From positions 13,168,826 through 13,232,825 of the forward strand of contig JASCQW010000146.1 of assembly GCA_030264375.1 (NCBI GenBank): 64,000 bases of DNA. Reading direction: 5' to 3'. The position numbers were made by a program, and so were the translations under genes. The notes below the pieces were generated by a model. That model did no database searches. It saw only the letters and a program-made list of their open reading frames with translations, and was not told where the DNA came from. The stretch is from Carcharhinus longimanus. Taxonomy: Eukaryota. Below are positions 11,701 through 23,700 of the stretch, piece after piece; the stretch's first letter is position 1, and every line of letters starts with the position of its first letter.

Positions 11701-14700
11701 AAGCTGGGTATAGAGGGATATGGGCCAAACATGGGCAATTGGAACTAGCTAAGTGGTTAAAAAAAGGTGACATGGACAAGTTGGACCAAAGGGCCTGTTT
11801 CCAAGCTGTAAACCCCAATGACGCTATGCATTTTACCATTGGAGACACCAAACCAGGCTGCTTCCGAATGCAGTGCATCTAAATGAGGTGTTAACTAGTG
11901 AGTAAGTAACCTTGTTTCTGCCAGATTGCTTGATAGAGTGGTAACTGGGGAGGCAATGGCGTAGTGGTATTGTCATTGGTCTACTAATGCAGAGAGCTCT
12001 GGGGACCTGGATTCAAATCCCACCATGGCTTTTGGTGAAATTTGAATTCAATAAAAATCTGGAATTGGAAGATGACCATGTCATTTAAAAAAGAAATCTA
12101 GTTCACTAATGTCCCCTCTAGGGAAGGAAATCTGTGCCCAGTCTGACCTCCATTTGACTCCAGAGTCACAGCAATGCGGTTGATTCTTAAATGCCCTCTG
12201 AAATCATAGAATCTTTATAGTGCAGAAGGAGGCCAGTTGGCTTATTGAGTCTGCACAGACCAGAATCCGACTCAGGTCCTATGCCCATAACCCCACATAT
12301 TTACCCTTCTAATCCCCTTGACACCAAGGCACGGCCAATCAACCTAACCCGCACATCTTTTGGACTGTGGGAGGAAACTGGAGCACCTTTAGGAAACCCA
12401 TGCAGACATGGGGAGAACATGCAAACTCCACAAAGGCAGTGACCTGAGGCTGGAATTGAACCCCGGTCCCTGGCACTGTGAGTCAGCAGTGCTAACCATT
12501 GTGCTAAGGGGCCGCCCCCATATTGCCTACAAAGTTTATAGATTCAATCCCTGGACTGTTAGCGCTCCTAACACTGCTGCAATACAGAGCAACTATTAGT
12601 GGTTGTAATGTCCTCTACACTCAGGAAAGGGAGAAACCTGGTTCCTGCTTCTGATCATACTTGCAAAGACACAGAGAAAGGGGAGTTTCAACTTGAACTA
12701 TGATACCCTCCACAATCAAATAGCCTGCCATTGTTGACCATCCAGAATGACAAAGAGCAAAGAACTTCTCGAATTTATGATATTCTGTTGGAGCTTAAGG
12801 AACAGGAAAGTAGCAATTTGACTTAAACTGAGAAACTGCAGTCAGAAAATTTTAATTAGGTACTTTATCTAAGTACCTAACTATTTAGGTACTTAAGGCA
12901 ATTTATGCACAGAATTTTTAAGGATTTATTTTATAGTGTACAAATATAAAAAAGCTGATATGTAACTACAGCCAATTTCCATCTATTAATAATATATAAA
13001 CATGTCTATAACTTTTCCATTACTTTTTCTATTCATTAGCAAAAAGGTAAAAATTTTTAATTTGCTGTTTGCAGGTAAACCAGCCACAGAGTGATGCAGA
13101 ACATAAATAACTGGGTCATAGACCAACATTCCTGCTAATATTTCTTTCTGTGCAATTATTCTTTTAAGTAAGTGAACAGTAACTTAAATGAGCCAATTTG
13201 TGTTCCTCCTGCAGAGCTGAGAGGGAAAATGGTTGCTGGTTAAGGTCAGCGCTGCCTATTTCAGTATTATAACCATGTCCAGCTGATAGATGTGAAGCTG
13301 TAGTTTACACACTAAGGTTACATTTCAGTGTAAAACTCACTGGACTATTTTAAAAAAGGAACTGAAACAATCTACCTGGTGCTAAGTGCTTTAGGATAAA
13401 GTTTTCATCATCAAACTTCTTGCCGTAGATGGATTTGCCGCCTGTTCCATTGTGGTTGGTGAAGTCACCACCCTGACACATGAACTGTGGGATGATACGA
13501 TGGAAGCTGCTGCCTTTAAACCCAAATCCTTTCTCGTGTGTACAGAGGCAACGGAAATTCTCTGTAAGAAACGTGCTGTTAAATATTCACAAAAGGACAA
13601 CTTGAGGAATCTTACTAAATCCACACACAAGAGCGCGAGAATTAGGAGCAAGAGTAGGCCATTCGGCCCCTCAGGCCTGCTCCATCATTCAATACAACCA
13701 TGGCTGATCTGATTGAGATCTTAACTCCTCTGTCACCCATAATCTTTGACTCCCTTGTCAATCAAAAATCTGTCTATTCAATCTTGAAAATGGCCCCCTC
13801 GCTTCCATTGTTCTCTGGAAAAGCGAATTCCACAGACTAATGACACTCAGAAAAATAATTCTCCTCATTTCAGTATTAAATGGGAGGCTCCTAATTTTTA
13901 AACTGTGCCCCCTTGCTCTAGGTTCACCACAATATCCACCCTCAGGATCCTATCTGTTTCAATAAGATCATCTCTCATTCTTCCAAACCCTAATGGGCAT
14001 TGGCCCAACCTGTTCAACTTTTCCGCATAAAATAATCCCTGGAATCAGTTCAACGAACCTTCTTTGAACTGCTTCAAACAGAGTTATATCCTTCCTTAAG
14101 ATACCAGCTATTAATAAGATAAAATCAAAATACTACAGATACTGGAAATCAAAAATAAAAACAAAGTGCTGGAAAAACTCAGCAGGTCTGGCAGCATCTG
14201 AGGAGAGAGAAAAACAGTAAATGTGGAGTTAAATATGATTCTTCTTCCATTCAGAAAATAACTGAGTCATTAGTGGCTTAATTTTGTGATAAAAAGAATG
14301 CTTAATTCACAACCAGATTGTTGTAAATCTTAAATAAAATCAGAAAATGCTGGAAAAAGGGGGTGTGGCTACATAATGGTTTTGTTACTGAGCTGGTAAT
14401 CCAAAAGCTGGGACTAAAATCCAAACACATATGGCTGGAAAATTTAACTTCAATTAATTAAATACACTAGAAATAAAAAGCTTGCCTCAAAAATAGTAAC
14501 CATGAAACAACTGGATTGTCATAAGAACCCATCTGGTTCACTACTGTTCTTTAGGGAAGGAAATCTGCCAGACTTACATGGTCTGGCCTATATGTAACTC
14601 CAGACCCACAGCAATGTGGCTGCCTATGGCCAAGCAAGCATTCAGCTGTATTTAAGAAGGTGACTCAGCACCTCTCGAGGGCAATTATGGATGGACAATA

Positions 14701-17700
14701 AAATGCTGGGCTTGGCAGAAACACTCACATCCCAAAAAGCTAGCATGNNNNNNNNNNGTACAGCAAGTGATTAGGAAAGCAAATGAAATGTTGGCAAGGA
14801 GCCCCCCACTGCCCACCCAAATCTTCTCACCGTCTGCCTCCTCCACCGCCCCTCCATCTCCCATAAAATGTCAAATGCAGCCCATTGGGTTGGCATAAAT
14901 GATCCATGAACCACCCAGACCCAAGTCACTCATGGTACTCTCAGATGGAAGGTCCAGAAAGGAAGATGTAGCTTATATAACAGACAATGTAAATGAAAGG
15001 GTGAAAACACTCTGTCATTAACACAATTTATGTGGTCTTTGCTCTCAATAATTAGGCAGGTCACACAACTTTTACCTGCAGTCATTGGAACAACATCAGC
15101 TCGCAATAAAAAGCGTAATCTGCCAGCGGGTTTATTGCCAATCTTGATGTCCATGTAGACTTGAGGATTGGTCCTTGTTTTTTTGGCCGGTGGCTCATCC
15201 TAAAGAAAAATCATTTATTTTTAATGCTTTTTTCCAAAAATGTGAATATAAGAAAACATTTTTTAAAATCCACGCATTTAAAACCAGGAAGATTTTTCTA
15301 ATCTCATAAGTTACATCAATATCTGATTAGTGAACAGAGATTGGATACCTACACATTTTTAAGACATCATTTAACATATATATTCCATTAATGTTTTACT
15401 TCACAATTTGCCACTTTATACTCAAATGAATCACCTTACCTCAAATATTGTGTGGGTTGCACATTAGATAAAGGTGCATTTTTAAATTATAATGCACACA
15501 TCTTCAAGAAATTAGGCAATGCATCTTTTTACCCATTGTTTCAAGATATGGTAAACTATGTGATACAAGTGTACATCATTTACAAGATACACTGCTGCAA
15601 CTTACCAAAGCTCCTTTGACAGCACCTTCCAAACCCTTGACCTCTACTACTCAAAGGACTTAGGCAGCAGACCCATGTGAACACCACCATCTGCAAATTT
15701 CCCACCAAGCCACTCACCATGCTGACATGGAAATACATCACCATTCCCTCAGTCACTGGGTCAAAATCCTGGAATTTGTTTCCTAACAGCACTGTGGGTG
15801 TACTTACACTTGATAGATTGCAGTATTTCAAGAAAGTGACTCATCACCACCTTCTCCAGGGCAATTAGGGATGGGCAACAAATGTTGCCTTACCAGCAAT
15901 GCCCACATCCCTCGAAAAAATGTAAAAAGTAACTTTTCTCCTTTGATTCCAAGAAGGGCAGCGTGGTGGCACAGTGGTTAGCACTGCTGCCTCACAGCAC
16001 TAGGGACCCGGATTCAATTCCGGCCTTGGGTGACTGTCAGCATGTTAACATAGGAAAATGCTCCAAGACGCATCCATCTCACCTCCTGTGTTTGTGTCTT
16101 TCCATCTCCGCCTCCTTGCTCTTCATTTTCATTCTCTTCCAGCGTCTTTCCAGCAAACTTCTTTAACCAGTCATCATCTGACCACACTAGAAAAAAGGAG
16201 ACACTCTTTATCTTTCACCCAAAAGCCTCAGATCATTTATATTCTCGATAAACAGTTATCTATTATTTCTTAAAATTACTAGGACTGTCACAACTCCTTT
16301 CCCAAAATTGTGCACTGAATTCTCCTTTGGTCAGGCAGGGAAATTCATTTTAAGCATTCACACAAACCCACAATATTAACATTGTACCTGTCAGTACTAC
16401 TGGATTAAAGCTGTTTCATTATCAAAACTACTTTGTTACTCAAATAATAAGCACCTCTATTGTTACAAACAATTCCAACTTTTCTTTCTGCTGCAGTATC
16501 TCCCCCCCAGGTGTTGTTGCCTTCCAAATCTGTGCCCATCTCTTCTGCAACTCCCTGCATGAGTCTGCGTAATTAGTTAGTGCGGCCTCTTAAAATGGTC
16601 TTACTGATGTTCTCCATGACTGTAACCATTGTGCATTATTCATTCTTGATCTCTCTGCAGCCTCCGACATGGTCAGCCGTAGCATCGTTCTCAACATACA
16701 TGTCTTCCAATCTTTGGTTCAGTCAGACTATTCAGGTTTGGGTCCATTAGCATCCATCCTTCTCAGAACCACAGCATCTCCAGCAATGGCTTCCTTTCAT
16801 TAACTCCACAGTCCCCTCCAACCCCACTCAGACTATCCTTAGTTCTCACTCAAATCTAAACATAGAACCAGAGTCAGCTTCCTCATGTAAACTTGTGGTA
16901 TCCACTGCCTCAGTTTTACATAGGCATTAGGAGCAGGAATAGGCAATTCAGCTCTTCGAGCCCGCTCCGCCATTTAACATGATCACGGCTGATCTTATCC
17001 TGGTCTTGACTCCACTTTCCTGCCTGCTCCCCACTGCTCTTTATCCCACTTTCCATCAGAAACATATCTGTCTCTTACCTGAATCTAATGATTGATAGAT
17101 TCTGCCTCCACTGCACTCTGGGGCAGTGAGTTCCACAGGTTCACAGCCCTCTGAGAGAAGTCATTTCTCCTTATCTCAGTTTTGAACTTACCTCCTCTCA
17201 CGCTAGAGACCACAGAGAGGACTATTGATCCCGGATGGGATTTTACGGTTTCGGGATGAGCGAGACCGTAAATTCCCTTCCATTGTCTATGACCTCTTGT
17301 TCTAGACTGTTTCACAAGGGAGAACACCTGGTCAACACTTTATATACCTCAATCAGATCCCCCCTCATTCTTCTAAATTCCAGCGAGTACAAGCCCAAGC
17401 TATTCTGCCACTCAGACAGTCTCCTCAGACTGTTTGTCTGACTGTTATTTTAATGAGCCACAATTTCATCCATTTAAATAAGACCAAAGCTTCTCTGGCC
17501 CAAAAAGCATCCAGTATCATCTCCCCCTAAGTTTTACCCTAATATTACCCAAGTGAGCAATTTGAAATGTATCCCATCACAGATACAATGAATCAAACAT
17601 CCTTCCCCCCACAATGTTAGGTCAGAGTGAACAGCAATAGCCTACAAATCTTTGCACAAAAATAAAATGTTGCTACAGATTGGTCACACACGCTGAGAGT

Positions 17701-20700
17701 ATCGGCAGCCACTTAAATCAGAGAGCAACAGTGAGAATCCAGCATGGAGTAAATGGGATTAGAGCAAAAGAAGGGGAAAGAAAAGGAGATATTAACTTTC
17801 ATTAACGTGCGAAACTGCAAAGGTGGAACTGCAAACTATCCCCTGCTGCAGTTAGCTTTGCATCAATGCTCTGTGTCTTTAAATCAATTTCCTCCAATAA
17901 GGTGGAATCAAATTTCACTCCCTCAATTACTGTATCCATCCACTTCAACACGCGACATCAGGTATACAGCTGCCTTTCCAATAAATCATTTCAACACCGT
18001 ACTTCGGGTTTCCTAGTCTATTGTGCTTACTCGACAGACGTGCTTGTAATTAGACTGATATACCATGAGTCCTTCATAACTGGATTGGACACAGCACAAA
18101 CACAGATTAAATAATCACAGACTGTGCCAACATGGTGTGAAAAATTATTTGTCTTTATTCTGTTGAACTCTGTTTCAGAATGAACAGAAACACTGCCCTC
18201 AAAGGATTCACCAGCGATTAAAATTGTCAGCTTTTGTTCAACTCCATTTTTATTCACAATCAGTTCAAATAAACAGAAGTGAGAAAATACCGGAAAGTTA
18301 TATTTTTCTTTAATCACATCTACCTTCTTTTTATGTTTTTGACCAAATTTCCTTCCTACCCTCCTGAAGGAATTGATTCCGTTGATATGATTCCCTATGT
18401 GCTGCATGGATATCAAGTACCCTCCAGCACCTGACTAAGTAACCATTATTTACACCTTCACCTTAACAGTACTGACAGCTATTCAACTATTGCAGCATCT
18501 GAGTTTTTGCATTATTCTTTACATATGAACAAAAAGCCTGAGTGGGCCATTCGGCCCCTCAAGTCTGCTCCACCATTTAATAAGATCATGGCTGATCTGA
18601 TAGAAACCTCCAATCTGCAACCTGCCTACACCTCATAATCTAATACCCCCTTGCTTACCCAAAGTCTATCCAGATCCGCCTTAAAAATATCCAAAGATTC
18701 TGCTTTCACCGTCTTTTCAGGAAGAGTGTTCCAAAGACCCACGACCCTCTGAGAAACATTTTCAGCTCATCTCAGTTTTAGATGGGCACACCCTCATTTT
18801 TACCAGTGATCAGCCCCCCTGTTTGAAATTCTCCCACAAGAGGAAACATTGTCTCCACATCCACCCTGTCCAGGCCCCTCAGGATCTTAGATGTTTCAAT
18901 CAAATCACCTCTTACTCTTGTAAACTACAGTTGACACAAGCTTAGCCTGTTCAACCTTTCTTCATAGGACAACCCACCCACTCCAGTTATTATTCTGGGA
19001 GATCTTATCCAAACTGTTTCCAATGCATATACATCCTTCCTTAAATAAGATAACCAATACTGTACACAGTGATACCGATATAGTCCCATTAATGCTCTAT
19101 AAATGAAGTATAATCTCTCTAATTTTATATTCAATTTCCCTCACAATAAACAATAATATTCCATTTTCTAATTACTTTTCTAATTACTTGCTGTACCTGC
19201 ATACTAACCTTTTGTGATTCATGCGCTTGGACACCCAGATCCCTCTGTACCTCAGAGCTCTGCAATCTTTCACCATTTTGATAATGAGCTTCTTTTTGAT
19301 TCTTCCATGCAAAAATGGACAATTTCACATTTTCCCACATTATACTCCATTTGCCAGATCTCTGCCCACTTCCTTGACCCATCTATATCGTTTTGTAGTC
19401 TCCTTATGTCCTCTTCACAACTTACTTCCCTACCTATCTTTGTGCCATCAGCAAATTTGGCAACCATCCCTCCAATCCGTTCATCCAAGTCATTTACATA
19501 AATTGGGAATAGTTGAGATCTCGGCACTGATTCCTGTGGCACATCACTCATTACATCTCATCAACCAGGAAAAGATGCATTTACTCCTACTCTATGTCTC
19601 CTGTTCGCCAGCCAATCTTCCACTCATGCCAATATGTTTCCTGAGCTTTTATTTTCAGCAATTCCTCGCCTAATTTGCCAGTTCAAACTGGAGGTTGGTC
19701 CTGGATTTTTCTTTTTTCAGTTGAACCTGCTCACTAAGCCTGCATGAGCCTCTGGTCAACAATCAAGCATCTTGTTTATAAAAGTTGTTCCCATTCCTCA
19801 CCTGCTCTTGAGGATCCCTCTTTAATTCGCATCGGTTTTGCCAGATTCACTCGGATTGTCCTTCCAAAAAGTTCAGATTCATTCTGATAAATGGAAAGAC
19901 AAAAGGAGAGTTAACCCTCTATTCATTATGGCACACTCATTAAGTTAAAGTTTACTTATTAGTCACAAGTAGGCTTACATTACAGTGTCATGAAGTTATT
20001 ACAAAATTCCCCTAGTCACCACACTCAGCTGCCTGTCTGGGTACACTGAGAGATAATTTAACATAGCCAATGCACCTAACCCGCACAGACATGGGGAGAA
20101 TGTGCAAACTCCATGCAGACAGTGACCCACGCAGGGAATCGAACCCAGGTGTGTGGCGCCGTGAGGCAGCAGTGCTAACCACTGTGCCACCATGCCAACC
20201 CTTGGTTATACCATGGTGTTATACAATGGCTCTTTGGTCAGCACTGACATTCCAGGTTATTTAGTATGTATAGAAATACAATTGTGTTCTCAAGAATACA
20301 ACTTTGTTTACAATTATTATAAAAAGACGCCACTTATTATAAAATGGTTTAGAGCTGCCCGTTTGCTCACTTTTCCCAGACTGCATGCCACTTACCATAT
20401 TATCAATGGCAGCTGCAGCATCCTGGAAGAGAAGGTGAAAGGTTGTGAATTGTCAATAAACAGCACAAAGCACTCAACTCCATTATCAACTGAGCACCTG
20501 GGGAAGAAATCTGTAAATCACACTGGGGATTTAATTCATGAATGGGACAGTAACATTAAAAATAAAATAAATGAAGACCAAATGATCTCCACAGCCTCCC
20601 GTAAAGAGCCTTTGTGTTACAGATATAAATATGTAGGAGTAAAGTGTAAAGAACATGCATGGCTCAGGCAAATCCTCACTCAAAATCCACACATTCCAAA

Positions 20701-23700
20701 TGTTGTCCACTGATCAACAATTACAAGCAGGAGCTCTGACTAATGATTGCCCTCCTCAGGACATGGAACTGGAAACCAATTGTTATTCAAGCTTCCATGA
20801 AACTTACTATAAATATTATTGGAGTGCGGTGGACAGTAAGGTTAAGGACCACAGAAAGCCAAGTTGGCCTTTCAGTACATTTCACACCAACAACAAATAA
20901 ACTTGAAAGGAAACATAGAAACACGGAAGCTAGAAGCAGGAGTAGGCCATCTGGGTTTACCCCTTATCCTCAAACTATGACCTCCAGTTCTGGACTCCCC
21001 CCACCACTGGGGACATTCTTTCTGGATCTACCCTGTCTAACCCTGTTAGAATTTTATAAGTTTCATTTATGCTAAACAAATTAAAAACTTGAAGCTGATA
21101 TTCAGGTCTTTCAGGCACTGCATACTTATTGTTTTCACCCGATCACTTCTAATTAAAACATTATTCAATCACTGGTTTAATCAAATCCAACTAGCACCCA
21201 AACTGTATTTCATCACATCCCCAGCGTTAAAGGCTTTTTCAGCTTCGGAGAAAAGATAAAAGCAAGCTACTCACCTCGGCATTCTCAAATTCAATGAATG
21301 CAAAACCTCGGTGTTTTTCTGTTTAATAAAGAATTCAGATTTTTACTCATTCGTAATCTTTATTACTGAGTTACCAATATAAAAGCATTGAGTTTCAATC
21401 ATTGTTACACAGAAGTAGTTCTCACTGTATCTGGAAAATCATGCTGAGTGCTTTGTTTTCAATTCTTTACAAATGTTCGATTTCAACCTATATTTTACAG
21501 ACTTAATTTTCAGCATTAGAATTCTGGAAAAGAGTTCAAAAAGCATTCAATGATTCAGATGTGACTTAAATTTGTAGGTAAAGGGCAGCATTCTGTAGAA
21601 AGATTTTTATATCACAAAAGAACTTGATATTTACTCTCTCGTTGCACGTACTCTGAATCTGATCCATTCAGACAGGGGAATTTTATAAGTACCTGTTTCA
21701 TAGTCTAGTGGGATTTGAATGTCCATTATGTCTCCAAATGGAATAAAAGCTGCATGAAGGACCTTCTCATCTACCTCTTCAGCAAGGCCACCTATAGATG
21801 ATAACACAAAATTTAACAATATAACAGAAAGCGCTTTCTGTGCTAACTGCAAGTGCTGCAAGCTCCCCTCCAAGTCACAAACCAGCAACTTGGAATTATG
21901 ATCAGTGTTCCTTACTGTGGCTGGGTCAAATTTTTGCAGCTTACCTCCTGGTGGCATTGTGGATGTACCTACCACATATGGACCACAGCTCATCACCACT
22001 TTCTCAAGGGCAATTCAGGGTGAACAACAAGCGCTAGCCTGGTCAGTGTGCTCACATCCTGTAAAAGGACTTTTTTTTAAAATCAAGCAACAAAAAGCCT
22101 ACTCACTCCAATCAGCAAGAACACTGACAAGCTTGTGAGACAGGAAGAGAACACAAGGTGGCACATTTCATAGAATCCCTACAGTGCAGAAGGCGGACGT
22201 TCGGCCCATCGGGTCTGCACCGACCACAATCCCACCCAGGCCTATCCCCATAACCCCACATATTTACCCTGCTGATTCCCTGACATTACGGTCAATTTAG
22301 CATGGCCAATCAAACAAACCTGCACATCTTTGGATTGTGGGAGGAAATCGGAGCACCCAGAGGAAACCCTCACAGACACGGGGAGAACGTGCAAACTCCA
22401 CACAGATGGCGTGACCTGAGGCTGGAATTAAACCCGGGTCCCTGGCGCTGTGAGGCAGCAGTGCTAACCACTGTACCACTGTGCTGCTGCATTTCAATTA
22501 ATGCCAAACTTTTTGTGAGAGGTTACATTTAACTAAGTGTTACGTTAATCACAGGATATAATAGGGTATCTCCTCTATGAAAATTCTATCCCTTCAATCC
22601 TCACTCAGTCTTTCCATTGAGTGATTGTTTATTCTTAATGACATCAATCTCGACCCAAACTCACTTTGCCCACCGTATTATAATTCTATTTGACGACTCT
22701 GTACTAAGATATATTTTTATTTAAATAAAACTTCTTTAACTTTGCAATCAAAAGAGTCTTGCCTTACCTAATGGGTTTAAAGAATCACATATTTTGGACT
22801 GCCTGAATCTCTTTTTACATTAATTTTCTTTTTAAAAAGTCAGTTTTCCCTCCATATTTTCACATTAATTTTAAAGCAAAACACAATTTCTCTGAGCAGG
22901 CCAGGTCTCTGATAAAGTGAAATTATTTATGCTGTTTGTGAAATACGATGTTCAGTATTAACAAATCTGTAGCTATTTACAGCACGCAGCACCCTGAAGA
23001 TTCCCATCATTTTGTCTGTGTATTTTAAAAGTGAAAATTGCAAATATTCAAAACATTTGCCCTGGCAAAAGAAATAGTCTCCAACTTTCCACTGGTATTG
23101 AAACAAGTGATTGCCCAATATCTTATTATACAAATTAACAGTCTAAAAATGGCTCACAACAGCGCCTACAAATGAATTTGAATGGCTAAAATTCATTCCA
23201 CGAAAATTGAAAATGCAACATTTCTTAAATAAGTTGTCCAACTCGTACTTTTTCATTATTTTTTGCTTTCAAGCAAAATTTTTTTTGGTCACATTGTGAT
23301 GAGCCAAGGACTGAATAACTTGCTTCACTTCAGAACAGTATGTTTCCCATTATATACCCCTCCTCCACATAAAAGTGATTCGTTTTGCAACACAAAACTG
23401 CTGAACGTAATGCAATCGACAAAGGTGTACGGAACACAGTAAGCTGTGAATAAACAGAGCCTTCCAATCTGGCACTTCTTGTCTGACAAGGAGCTCCTCA
23501 ACTGTTTAAGAAAGGGATCCATTACTTTTATATGCCTTCACTTTGACATTTAAATATAAAATATATTTTTACTGCAACAACATTTTATAGATCAGTGTTA
23601 ACATTAGGTTGCAGCACCAAGAGAGTTCCTTGAAATCCACTGCCTTACTCCTTGGAAGAAAACACATCGTCTGCAAAGTATGTCAGCCAGTGGGTTAGAT

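Noticed and set aside
20192-20713. Longest ORF in the track (173 aa, +)
   Set aside because: Starts in a SINE, is antisense to PPIE exon 4, and has no recognisable domain; most short ORFs in the track are similarly TE-derived or random.
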